DNA of 64,000 nucleotides from an uncultured cyanobacterium (GCA_903935205.1 CAIZQU010000152.1:24404-88403), one strand, 5' to 3'. Shown: positions 41,056 through 50,745, counted from the first letter of the stretch. Translations and numbers: made by a program. The notes: generated from the letters alone by a model not told the origin.

Positions 41056-41523
41056 GTGAAGGGTCTGCGCAGCAGCCTGCATGAGCGGGGCCAGCGCCTC
41101 ACCCCCCAGAGGGAGCGGGTGCTGGCCCTGTTCGAGGAGATCGGCGCGGGCCGCCACCTCAGCGCCGAAGACGTGCACCAGCGCCTGCGCAGCACCCAGA
41201 CCGCCGTCGGTTCGACGAGCCCATCGGGCGGCGTCTCCCTGGCCACGGTGTATCGAACCCTGCGGTTGCTCAGCTCCCTGGAGCTGCTGCAGGAACTGGA
41301 ACTTCCCGATGGCGGGCGCCGCTTCGAGCTGGCGGGGGATGCCCAGCATCGCCACCACCACCATCTGGTCTGCGTGCGCTGCGGGCGGACCGAGGAATTT
41401 GAGGATGGAGCCGTGTTGTCGGCGGGTGCGAACGCCGCCGAGGCCCATGGTTTTCAGCTGCTGGAGTGCGTGCTGAATGTGCGCTCCCTCTGCCCCAGCT
41501 GCGCTGCCGCCACCAGCCCCTGA
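41056..41523 (+). CDS. fur: Fur family transcriptional regulator
   Basis: RLTPQR, HLSAEDV, SLATVYRTL, HHHHLVCVRC, CPSC. Confidence 0.92.
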   Translation: MKGLRSSLHERGQRLTPQRERVLALFEEIGAGRHLSAEDVHQRLRSTQTAVGSTSPSGGVSLATVYRTLRLLSSLELLQELELPDGGRRFELAGDAQHRHHHHLVCVRCGRTEEFEDGAVLSAGANAAEAHGFQLLECVLNVRSLCPSCAAATSP

Positions 41524-41746
41524 TCCAGCCTGGAGCCAGACCCAGCCTGGTCCCAAGCCCATCGGGATCCCGCAGGCACCAGCGCGAGCGGGATCCCCAG
41601 CGCTGGCAGCACCGCCCCTGGCGGTCGGCGCCGATCGCTAGGAGCTTGTTGCGCGTGGCCGCAATGGCTGCAAATCCCTGGGGAGATCCCGCGACACAAC
41701 GGAACAGGATCTCCCATGGATCTCATCCGCATTGCGATTGCGGCGT

Positions 41747-41762
41747 CGTGCCAAAAGGCAGA
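41747..41762. promoter_or_regulatory. Candidate Crp-family operator CGTGCCAAAAGGCAGA
   Basis: Shares a 13-bp core with 45585-45600; CRP-like spacing. Confidence 0.55.
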
Positions 41763-41972
41763 TGGATGGCACGGCAGCAGATCTTGCGATGACGGTGCAG
41801 AGATGTGCTTGATGCCCTTTGTCTCAGGATGAGTCCGCGATCGGCGCCGCTTCGGGTCCGTCATTGTTCAGGGCCTGGCCTGTCGACCCACGCGCAACAG
41901 GCTCCTAGTGGCGACCCCAGAGGACGCCCTGTTTGTTGCGAACTGCTCGCAGCAGCCAGAGAACCAGCTAAG

Positions 41973-41991
41973 ATTGCGAGTCATTCGCAAT
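41973..41991. promoter_or_regulatory. Fur-box-like 9-1-9 palindrome ATTGCGAGTCATTCGCAAT
   Basis: 8 of 9 arm positions pair; ends 24 bp before the Crp-family ATG, downstream of fur. Confidence 0.6.
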
Positions 41992-42014
41992 AACGCGCCC
42001 TAGTCGCGAGGCCG

Positions 42015-42614
42015 ATGCAGTTCCGCTTCCTGCCCGAACGTCCCCTGGCCGCCCTGCGCCTTTCCGCCGGCCAGTGCGTGCTGCTCGATCCCGCCGCCCG
42101 CAGTGGCGCTGCCAGCTGTCTGGAGGTGCTGGAGGGCATCGCCCGGGTCTATTGCCCCTGCGAGGAAACCGAAGGCATGACCCTGGCCTTTCTTCAGGCC
42201 GGCGACCAGCTGCGCACTGATCGCCTCTGCAGCGAGGGGGTCTGCGTCGAAGCCCTCACGCCCCTGAGCTTCCGCAGCGATGCCGAACCGTTGCCGGGAC
42301 AGGGGTTCGATCCGGTCAATGAGTGGACCCTTCAGTTGCTTCGCATCCGCCATCTGGGCAGTGCCGAACAGCGGCTCCACGCCCTGCTGGCCCTGTTGGT
42401 GCGGCGTCTGGGCCACCGCCGCGGTGCCTGGTGCGACCTGCCGTTCCGACTCACCCACGAACGCATCGCCGAACTGATCGGCACCACCCGGGTCACCACC
42501 ACCCGGCTGATCTCCCGCATCCGCCGGGAGCAGCTGCTGCTGGTCCCCAGCGGCGAAACCGGCCTGAAGCTGGCGCCGGCCCTGGTGGAGAACGCTCCCC
42601 TGGCGGCGGCCTGA
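42015..42614 (+). CDS. Crp/Fnr family transcriptional regulator (IdiB-like context)
   Basis: LAFLQAGD beta-roll, LTHERIAELIGTTRVTTTRL helix-turn-helix. Confidence 0.9.
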   Translation: MQFRFLPERPLAALRLSAGQCVLLDPAARSGAASCLEVLEGIARVYCPCEETEGMTLAFLQAGDQLRTDRLCSEGVCVEALTPLSFRSDAEPLPGQGFDPVNEWTLQLLRIRHLGSAEQRLHALLALLVRRLGHRRGAWCDLPFRLTHERIAELIGTTRVTTTRLISRIRREQLLLVPSGETGLKLAPALVENAPLAAA

Positions 42615-42732
42615 GCCGCGGTCGGCCCGCCGGAGACCTCCACAATCCCCCGGTCCGGGTCTCGGCCGTGCCTGACCCAGGCCCGTCCCGATCAGGTCTG
42701 GCCCCGGCTCTGGGCCGTGATTCCGAACGGGG

Positions 42733-44400
42733 TCAGCGGCGACGCTCCAACTGGGGCACCAAAGCCAGGGAGGCCACCAGACCGAGGCCCAGGATCAGGG
42801 CCGCCGGAATCAGGGCGGCACCGAGCCGTTCATCGCTGGCGTATTGATACACCCGCACCGACAGGGTGTCGCAATCGAAAGGACGCAGGGCAAAGCTCAG
42901 CGGCAATTCCTTCACCACATCCACGAACACCAGCAGGGCGCCGACCAACAGCGGCCCCCGCAGCAACGGCAGATGGACGCGGCGCAGCACCGCCCACCAG
43001 CCGCAGCCGAGGCCGGTGGCCGCCTCATCGAGGCTGGGGGGGAGACGCTCCAGAGCGGCATCCAGGCCCTGGCGGGACACCGCCAGAAAGCGGTCGGTGT
43101 AGCCCCAGAGCAGCAGCAGCAGGGGCGGCAGACCGAGGGGCGCCCCGAACAGCAGCAGGGCCAGGGCGAGCACAGCGCCGGGCACGGCGTAGCCCATGCC
43201 GGCCGCAAAGGCCAGACGGCTCAACCAGGGCACGGCAAACCAGCGACGGCCCAGGGCCAGCACCAGGCCCGCCATGGCGGTGAACAGGGCCGCCGCCAGG
43301 GCCAGGCCAAGGCTGCGCAGGCCCAGGGTCAGCAGGTCGGACCCAGCCTCGTCACCCAGCTGGTCTCGGCTGAACACCATCCAGAGCAGGGGCAGGCCGA
43401 GGCTGAGCAGCGGGGGCACCAGGGTGATCAGCTGGGCCAGCCACGCCCGCCAGCCACGCAGGGGCCAGGGCGTCGCCGCCTGGCTGTCGCCACCGCTGAG
43501 CCAGCGACGGCTGCGCCGCCGCAGCTGCCGCTCACACCCCACCAGCAGGCTGACCATCACCAGGGTGATCAGGGCCAGGCCAACGGCACCGCGGGGATCG
43601 GCATCGCTCTGCCAGCGCTGCAGGATCGTGCCGGAAAGCGTCGGAACCCCGAGCAGTTCCACCGCACCGAGTTCATTGACCACCTCCATCCCGGCCAGGG
43701 CCACCCCGGCGCCGATCGCCGGGGCGGCCATCGGCAGGGCCACGCGCCGGAACCCTCCCCAGGGGCCGACCCCGAGGCTGCGGCAGGCCTCGATCTGCCG
43801 CAGGCCGCCGGCGGAGAAACTCTCGGTGGCGAGCAGAAAGACATAGCTGTAGGTGCCCAGCACCAGCACCACCGCAGCCCAGAGATCGCCATGGAAGCGC
43901 ACACCGACACGGCTGCCGCTGTCGATCAGGGTGGCGGCCAGCAGGTACGGGGGGGCGGCCAGGGGCAGGAGCTGGGCGATGCGGAGCAGGCGGCGCCCCG
44001 GAAACGAACAGGCGGCGGTGAGCCAGCCACTGGCGGTGCCCAACAGGGCCGAGCCGAGTCCAACCAGCAGCAGCAGGGCCAGGGTGTGGCCCAGGGCCTC
44101 GCCGCCGCCGCTGGCGCCGGAGCTGGGGATACCACCCAGCAGGGCATAGGGGGCGAGACCAAGGATCGGCAGCAGGGCGAGCAGGGCCACCGCCAGCAGC
44201 AGCAGCAGCAGCGGCCAGCGACCGGAGCGGGCCAGGCCGGCGAGGCCGGCGGCCACACCACGGCCGGATCCGGTGCCGCCCGACGCGCCACCACCGGATC
44301 CGCCACCGGATCCCGGTTCGCGATCCCCGCCCAGCGCCACCGGATCAGGCCGACGGCGCTGGGTCGGATCCCGGGGGCTGCGGGTGGTCATCAGGGTCAT
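42733..44400 (-). CDS. futB: Fe(III) ABC transporter permease
   Basis: Duplicated permease halves: EACRSLG...LPMAAP, DEAATGLG...VHLPLL, KELP, TLSVRVYQYASDE. Confidence 0.92.
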   Translation of the reverse strand: MTLMTTRSPRDPTQRRRPDPVALGGDREPGSGGGSGGGASGGTGSGRGVAAGLAGLARSGRWPLLLLLLAVALLALLPILGLAPYALLGGIPSSGASGGGEALGHTLALLLLVGLGSALLGTASGWLTAACSFPGRRLLRIAQLLPLAAPPYLLAATLIDSGSRVGVRFHGDLWAAVVLVLGTYSYVFLLATESFSAGGLRQIEACRSLGVGPWGGFRRVALPMAAPAIGAGVALAGMEVVNELGAVELLGVPTLSGTILQRWQSDADPRGAVGLALITLVMVSLLVGCERQLRRRSRRWLSGGDSQAATPWPLRGWRAWLAQLITLVPPLLSLGLPLLWMVFSRDQLGDEAGSDLLTLGLRSLGLALAAALFTAMAGLVLALGRRWFAVPWLSRLAFAAGMGYAVPGAVLALALLLFGAPLGLPPLLLLLWGYTDRFLAVSRQGLDAALERLPPSLDEAATGLGCGWWAVLRRVHLPLLRGPLLVGALLVFVDVVKELPLSFALRPFDCDTLSVRVYQYASDERLGAALIPAALILGLGLVASLALVPQLERRR

Positions 44401-45458
44401 GGCCAGCCGGCATCGCGCATCAACCGAACGGCCTCGCCATTGCGGGCGCCGAGCTGCTCGATCGGAACACCATCGCCATGGACCGGCCCGAAGCTCTGGA
44501 GCACCGGATCGCTGCCGCTGCCCCGCAGGGGATATTCATGATTGGCCTGGGCATAGCCCACGCCGCCACCCTCCGGTGCAGCGAGAAACTCCAACAGGCG
44601 GCGCGCGGCCTCAGGGTGGCGGGCATGGCGGGTCACGCCGGCACCGCTGACATTGACATGGGCCGGATCCGGCAGCACCACCTTGACCCCTTGCAGCAAC
44701 CGCTGATCCTCGCTGCCGGCCTCGCCGGAGAGCATGCGGGCCGCGTAGTAGCTGTTGACCACTCCGACGCCGCACTCCCCCCGGGCCACAGCCCGGGCCA
44801 GGGTGGTGTCGGAACTGAAGAAGGGGGGGCGGAGATTGGCGATCAGGCCCTGAAGCCAGCGGCGGGTCTGGGCCTCCCCATGGCGGATCAGCTGGTCGGC
44901 CACCAGGGACTGGTTGTAGACGCTGCGCCCATTGCGCAGGCAGAGCTTGCCGCGCAGCTCCGGCCTGGCCAGGTCGTCGTAACGGCGCACCAGGGCGGGA
45001 TCGACCAGACGGGGATGGATCACCACGGCCCGCACCCGACGGGTGAGGGCGGTCCAACGGCCGGCGGTGTCGCGCAGCTGCGGCGGCACATCGCGGCGAA
45101 TCGCCTCGGAGTTCAGGGGTTGAAACACCCCCTGATCGGCTGCCCGCACCAGACGGGCGGCATCGACGAGCACCAGCAGGTCGGCGGCCGTGCCCTTGCC
45201 CTCGCTGCGCACCCGCTCGATCAGGGCGTCATCCTTCCCCTCCAGCACCTTGACGCGAATGCCTGTGGCCGCGGTGAAGCGCCCGTAGAGGGCCTGATCG
45301 GTGTTGTAGTGGCGGCCGGAATACACCCCCAGGGTCACCGTGGCGGCGGAATCGGGCCCGGGTCGGCAGCCGGCGACCAGGGGCAGCAGGCCCAGACCCA
45401 CCAGCAGCAGCGGGCGGAGGCGACGGGGCAGAGCGGCGAACAAGGGCGACAGGGGCAC
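44397..45458 (-). CDS. futA: Fe(III) ABC transporter substrate-binding lipoprotein (FutA/IdiA)
   Basis: VYSGRHYNTD, ADLLVLVDA, YNQSL, VNSYY Tyr pair, HVNVSG, NHEYP; lipobox VAGC; start may be 45503. Confidence 0.93.
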   Translation of the reverse strand: MPLSPLFAALPRRLRPLLLVGLGLLPLVAGCRPGPDSAATVTLGVYSGRHYNTDQALYGRFTAATGIRVKVLEGKDDALIERVRSEGKGTAADLLVLVDAARLVRAADQGVFQPLNSEAIRRDVPPQLRDTAGRWTALTRRVRAVVIHPRLVDPALVRRYDDLARPELRGKLCLRNGRSVYNQSLVADQLIRHGEAQTRRWLQGLIANLRPPFFSSDTTLARAVARGECGVGVVNSYYAARMLSGEAGSEDQRLLQGVKVVLPDPAHVNVSGAGVTRHARHPEAARRLLEFLAAPEGGGVGYAQANHEYPLRGSGSDPVLQSFGPVHGDGVPIEQLGARNGEAVRLMRDAGWP

Positions 45459-45584
45459 GGGCGGCCGGCACCTCAGGGGCCGAGGATCCAGGGGAACAGG
45501 CATCCGTGGGCCGGCAGGGACGGGGGGACAGCCGGAAGCTACCCAGGCGGGGCGGGAGGCCCCGGTACCGATGCTGCTGGAGAC

Positions 45585-45600
45585 TGTGCCAAAAGGCACA
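45585..45600. promoter_or_regulatory. Perfect palindrome TGTGCC-AAAA-GGCACA upstream of futA
   Basis: TGTGC-N6-GCACA has the spacing of the CRP site TGTGA-N6-TCACA. Confidence 0.6.
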
Positions 45601-46175
45601 ACAACGGCAGGCACCACCTGCGGCGGGCGGGCCGCGCCTGCTGGCTTGCGGCCGATCCCGGGCAGCCAGCAGCCCCGGGCCCCGAGAAAGGACCTGGAGG
45701 CTGCCAGGCGGAGCGGGCCAGGGCCCCAGGAACTGGGGCGCTCAGGGCTGCGGGAACCCATGGGCTATGGGGCCTGTCGGGTCGCTCCCGGCAACTTCGG
45801 CAGGCGCTGACCTGCCAGGTGCTGCCGGGCCGAGGAGGAAGCTGTGGCCCAGAGGTCGGCAGACCCGGCCCGAACAAAGCCGGTCCCGAACAAAGACAGA
45901 CCCGATCGGGCGCCGATCACGGCCTCATGCTCCGAGGCAGGGCATCAGGAGCAGCTCGGCACCCTCATCTCGAGATCTGTTGTGGCGCCATGATTCTGAC
46001 CATTGGCGCAGCCTGGCCATTGGCACAACGCCACGATCTCGATACGGATAAGACCCAGATGAGACCCTTGTCCGCGCCAGGGCGGGATCGCCAGCTGGAT
46101 CCGGGGCGATACAGCAACGCGCTACAGGCCCCTGAGCGGGCGATCCGCCTGGCGGCGATCCAGAGGCTCCGCCGC

Positions 46176-47975
46176 TCAGGGGCGCCGCTGCTGGACCAGG
46201 CGGCGCCGAAGGCGGCGGCTCCAGGCCAGGGCCATGGCGCTGCCGGCCAGGGGCAGGGGGCCAGGCACGTTCTGGATGTCGGTGTTCATCCGCACGATCA
46301 CGGCATGGGGATCGCTGAGGTTTTTGAGGCCCGTGCCATCGATCACGCTGGCCGGCAGCACATGGGCCAGCTCCCAGGTGCTGGTGATTGGGTTGCGACG
46401 GATGAGGCCAAGCCCGGGGCAGCTGCCCTCCGCCGCATGGCTGACGGTGAGCGGGAAAGGTCCGCGCAGGGCCATGTAGATGGTGTCCCCTAGGGGTGAG
46501 ACGGTGCCCAGGTCCGGGGTTGGATCGTTGGAGCGGGCAGTGCCCAAGGTGGTGCCACAGGCGCCGCTGCTGGTCAGGTCGTAGCTGGAGCTGGGATGGA
46601 GCACATCCCAAGGCTCGTGCATGCTGAAGACCTCAACATTATTGCGGACGCGATCAAAGATATGCAGTGCATCATCGACCAGAACCATGCCATGGGCATC
46701 GCGGTTGTTGGCGGGGATGAGACTGCCATTGTCCGGATCCCCCCAGACAGCGACAGGAGCCGGCGTGTCGGTGGCGTTGAAAGCAGGAGCAGAGGGATAG
46801 TCGCGACCAAAACGATAGACCGTGAATTCAGAGATACCTGGTCCCGATGTACCTGTAGCCAGATGCATGTAACCCTCCGCTTCAACGCCACCACAACCGG
46901 CGGCGTTGATCACATTTTTGGTGTAGTCGGCCACGATCGCCATCGGCGTTGCCTGAACATCGACCACGAACATGCCGCCGCCGCCGAGGGTGGCATAGGC
47001 ATGACGACCATTGCTGGATGGGATCGGGCAGATCACCGTGTTGAGGGGCCGCGATGGATCCTGCTTTGGCGTGTTGCTCGGCGTGAACAGGGATTGGTTG
47101 TCGGGTACGCTGCCATTGATGCGGCAACCGATGTTGTTACCAGGATCCATGTCGACGGCAATCGGCTGACTGAGAATGCGCCCAGAACCACCGACGAAAT
47201 CCAAGCTCGCACTGGCGTTAAAAACAAATTCCTGGATCTGCCCGGCCCCATTGCGCACCACATCAACCCGCTCCAACATGCGTCCGTTCTGGTTGGCCAC
47301 GATCAGTGAATCGCCATTGGGCGTCCAGAAGCTCATGTGGTTCTGGCGGCCGGTGCTGGTGCCGGTGGTGCGAAACAGACAAACCGATCGCTTCGAGCTG
47401 CCATCGACGATGCCCAGGTGGCCAGAGGCCACAAAATTCAGGGCCATATAGCGGCTATCGGGGCTGGTCAGGATGCCGTGCATCCGAGATACGGGTGCCG
47501 CGGTCGTGGCCATGGCATCCGGGAACAGATCGGTGCTCACATCGAGAACCAACGGATTATTGATCGGCGTGGGAAGGTCGAGATCGGCTGAATCGTAAAT
47601 GCGGATCTTGCCGCCGTGTGTGCCATTCGGCGAGGCCAGGGAGATGCCCTGGGTGTTGGCTTGATCGCTCAACCAGACCTCATAGCTTCCCCTGGTTCGG
47701 GGTACGGCAGCCAAGGAATGGATCAGGTCGAAGACGGAACCCCCTGCCGAGTTGTCGTGGTGATCGGAGCCGCCGGCATCATCCGTCCGGCCCAGCTGGG
47801 GATCCAGCAGCGTGATCCAGAAGGCCAGCAGCAAGCGGGAAAGCGTGCGGCGCTGAGCCTTGCGCGACCGCAACGGCAGCTTCAGCTGCGGAGAGTTGGG
47901 GTGGGCAACCCCACCAGGATGGGCGCAAGAATCAAGGGCATGTGACGTCATGAATCCAATCCCGATGGCTGACAT
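46176..47975 (-). CDS. Secreted beta-propeller-like protein with PEP-CTERM-type sorting signal (no. 4)
   Basis: Blade-like repeats (HGILTSPDSRYM, HMSFWTPNGDSL, HGMVLVDDALH), C-terminus VPGPLPLAGSAMALAWSRRLRRRL. Confidence 0.75.
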   Translation of the reverse strand: MSAIGIGFMTSHALDSCAHPGGVAHPNSPQLKLPLRSRKAQRRTLSRLLLAFWITLLDPQLGRTDDAGGSDHHDNSAGGSVFDLIHSLAAVPRTRGSYEVWLSDQANTQGISLASPNGTHGGKIRIYDSADLDLPTPINNPLVLDVSTDLFPDAMATTAAPVSRMHGILTSPDSRYMALNFVASGHLGIVDGSSKRSVCLFRTTGTSTGRQNHMSFWTPNGDSLIVANQNGRMLERVDVVRNGAGQIQEFVFNASASLDFVGGSGRILSQPIAVDMDPGNNIGCRINGSVPDNQSLFTPSNTPKQDPSRPLNTVICPIPSSNGRHAYATLGGGGMFVVDVQATPMAIVADYTKNVINAAGCGGVEAEGYMHLATGTSGPGISEFTVYRFGRDYPSAPAFNATDTPAPVAVWGDPDNGSLIPANNRDAHGMVLVDDALHIFDRVRNNVEVFSMHEPWDVLHPSSSYDLTSSGACGTTLGTARSNDPTPDLGTVSPLGDTIYMALRGPFPLTVSHAAEGSCPGLGLIRRNPITSTWELAHVLPASVIDGTGLKNLSDPHAVIVRMNTDIQNVPGPLPLAGSAMALAWSRRLRRRLVQQRRP

Positions 47976-48241
47976 TTCCTTCTAAACAAGCCGATCCAGC
48001 ACCGCCATCACGATCCCAGGAATCACACGTCCCACCATGGACCCAATCTGACCGCCGCCAGCACCAGGGCCCGGAACGACGGATCCACGCCCGGCCTGCT
48101 CCCGCGGCGCCACTGGCTGCCGGTGGGGCCGGATCTGAGGCTTGGCGGCGCCGCAGGCCGACGGTTTTGGTGGGTTGCGCTACCGGGATTGCCATGGCCA
48201 CAGCCATAGCGTGAGCCCATCACCTGGCCTGGGGCCGGCCC

Positions 48242-49660
48242 ATGGATCATTTCTACCTGGAGCTGGATCCGCCTGCGGAGGTCCTGGCGAGCTGGCCCCA
48301 TGTGGTGATCGTGGGTGGTGGCTTCGCCGGGCTCAAGGCCTGTCACGCCCTTGCCCGTCAGCCGGTGCGGGTGACGCTGATCGACAAACGCAATTTCAAC
48401 CTCTTCCAACCCCTCCTCTACCAGGTGGCGTCGGGCCTGGTCTCTGAAGCGGATGTGGCCTCGCCCCTGCGCCAGATGGTCGGCCACGCCCCGAACATCC
48501 AGATCCTGCTCGGTGAGGTGGTGGCGATCGATCCGGATCAGCGGCAGGTGGTCTTCAACGACCGCCGCTACGGCTATGACCAGCTGATCCTGGCCACCGG
48601 CTCAGGCAGCACCTACTTCGGACGCGAGGAGTGGCGGCCCCTGGCGCCACCGATGAAGATCCTCGAGCACGCCGATGAGATCCGCCGCAGGTTGCTGATG
48701 GCCCTCGAGGAGGCGGAGCAAAGCATCGATCCCCAGCAGCGCGCCTTCCTGCAGACCGCCGTCGTGGTGGGGGCTGGCCCCGCCGGCTGCGAACTGGCCG
48801 GCTCCCTGATCGAACTGATGCACCGCGCCGTGCAGCGCGATTTCAAACAGCTGCGCCAGCAGGACTGCCGGGTGGTGTTGGTGGATCCGGTCGACCGGGT
48901 GCTGCCGACCATGGCCGAACCGCTCGCCGCTGCCGCCTCCCGCTACCTCGCAGCCGCTGGCGTGGAACTGCGGCTGGGGCAGCGGGTGGAGGGCATCGGG
49001 CCCGGGCTCGTGCAGCTCAACGGCACCGCAGGGGAGCAGCGGCTGGAGGCGGCCACGATCTGCTGGACGGCAGGGGTGCGGGCCTCGCGGCTGGGGCGGC
49101 TGCTGGCGGATGCCACGGGTGCCGCCGTGGATCGGGGCGGGAGGCTGGTGGTGGAACCCGATTTCTCCCTCCCCGGCCATCCGGAGATCCGGGCCGTGGG
49201 CGATCTCTGCTGTTACACCCACACCCCCGAATCCACCCCCCTGCCGGGCCTGGCCGGACCGGCGGTGCAGGCCGGCGGCTGGGTGGCCCGCGACATCCTG
49301 GCCAGGCTGCGGGGCGAGACGAGCCCCCCGTTCCGCTGGTTGGACCTGGGCAGCATGGCCGTGATCGGGCCCTGGTATGCGGTGGCCGATCTGCGCGGCT
49401 TGCATCTCACCGGCCTGGCGGGCTGGCTGGTGTGGGCCCTGGCCCATCTGGCCTTCATCCCCGACACCGAAAACCGCATCGCCCTGTTCAGCAAATGGAT
49501 GTGGCAGATCGCCACCCGCCAACGCACGGCGCTGCTGATCACCGGCCGCCCGGACCAGCACATCGGCGTTGATGTGGGTCTGTTCCGGGCGATCCCGCCA
49601 CCCCCACCACAGGAGCAGGCCACACCGCCACCTCCGGCGGAAGCGGGCCGGTCCCAGTAA
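48242..49660 (+). CDS. ndb: Type II NADH dehydrogenase
   Basis: VVIVGGGFAG, FQPLLYQVA, VVGAGPAGCELAG, WTAGV, DLGSMAVIG. Confidence 0.92.
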   Translation: MDHFYLELDPPAEVLASWPHVVIVGGGFAGLKACHALARQPVRVTLIDKRNFNLFQPLLYQVASGLVSEADVASPLRQMVGHAPNIQILLGEVVAIDPDQRQVVFNDRRYGYDQLILATGSGSTYFGREEWRPLAPPMKILEHADEIRRRLLMALEEAEQSIDPQQRAFLQTAVVVGAGPAGCELAGSLIELMHRAVQRDFKQLRQQDCRVVLVDPVDRVLPTMAEPLAAAASRYLAAAGVELRLGQRVEGIGPGLVQLNGTAGEQRLEAATICWTAGVRASRLGRLLADATGAAVDRGGRLVVEPDFSLPGHPEIRAVGDLCCYTHTPESTPLPGLAGPAVQAGGWVARDILARLRGETSPPFRWLDLGSMAVIGPWYAVADLRGLHLTGLAGWLVWALAHLAFIPDTENRIALFSKWMWQIATRQRTALLITGRPDQHIGVDVGLFRAIPPPPPQEQATPPPPAEAGRSQ

Positions 49661-49730
49661 CCAGCCCAGGGCCACCCCGATCCCTCAGCCGGCGGGTCAG
49701 GATGGCACCGGCCCCTTGCCGCCTTGCCGC

Positions 49731-50684
49731 GTGGAACGGATCCGGACGGCCTGGGCCCTGTTTCAGGGCCTGTTGCTGGAGGCCCTGCCCTTCCTGCTCC
49801 TGGGCGTGGCCATCGCCACCCTGGCCCGGCTGGTGGCACCCCAGGGCCTCTGGATGCGCCGCCTGCCCCGCCATCCCCTGCTCGCCCCCAGCACCGGCGC
49901 CCTCCTGGGCTTCGCCCTGCCGGCCTGCGAATGCGGCAACGTGCCGGTGGCCCGTCGCCTGCTGGCCGGAGGCGCCCCGCTCGGCACCGCCCTGGGCTTT
50001 CTGTTCGCCGCCCCGGTGCTCAACCCGATCGTGCTGCTCAGCACCTGGGCCGCCTTCCCCAACCAGCCCTGGCTGCTGCTGGCCCGCCCCCTGGGAGCCT
50101 TCCTGCTGGCGCTGCTGCTGAGCGGTGTTCTGGGCCTGCTGCCGGAATCCAGGCTGCTGGTGCCGGAGCTGCTGGCCCAGCGCCGCCTCTCCCAACCCCT
50201 GAGCCAGGTCGGACTGCTGGAGCGCCCCTCCGGGCTGGTCGGAGCACCCCTGCCGCCGGCGCCGGCCCCCGAGGCCCGGGCGGGCTGGGGGGCCGAGCTG
50301 GAGCACGCCAGCGGCGAGTTTCTCAATCTCGCCAGCCTGCTGCTCCTGGGCTGCGCCATCGCAGCGGTGGTCCAGACCTGGTTGCCGCGCAGCTGGCTGC
50401 TGTCGGTCGGCTCCGATCCCACCCTCTCGATCGTGGCCCTGATGCTGCTGGCCCTGGTGGTGTCGGTGTGCTCCAGCGTCGATGCCTTCCTGGCCCTCGG
50501 TTTCGCCGCCCAGGTCAGCCCTGGCGCCCTGCTGGCCTTCCTGCTGCTGGGACCGGTGGTCGACCTCAAGCTGGCCGGGCTGTTCACGGTGCTGCTGCGC
50601 CCGGCTGCCATCGCGATCACCGCCGCCACCGCCCTGCTGGCGGTGCTGCTGATCGGCCAATGGGTCAATCTCTGGTTGCTGTGA
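49731..50684 (+). CDS. DUF318-family permease
   Basis: EALPFLLLG, PACECG, AAPVLNP, SVCSSVDAF, GPVVDLK. Confidence 0.88.
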   Translation: MERIRTAWALFQGLLLEALPFLLLGVAIATLARLVAPQGLWMRRLPRHPLLAPSTGALLGFALPACECGNVPVARRLLAGGAPLGTALGFLFAAPVLNPIVLLSTWAAFPNQPWLLLARPLGAFLLALLLSGVLGLLPESRLLVPELLAQRRLSQPLSQVGLLERPSGLVGAPLPPAPAPEARAGWGAELEHASGEFLNLASLLLLGCAIAAVVQTWLPRSWLLSVGSDPTLSIVALMLLALVVSVCSSVDAFLALGFAAQVSPGALLAFLLLGPVVDLKLAGLFTVLLRPAAIAITAATALLAVLLIGQWVNLWLL

Positions 50685-50745
50685 CGGCCATGCTCGCCAC
50701 TCCCCTGCATCCGCACGGCCGCCTTGGATCCATTCCCATCGCACC

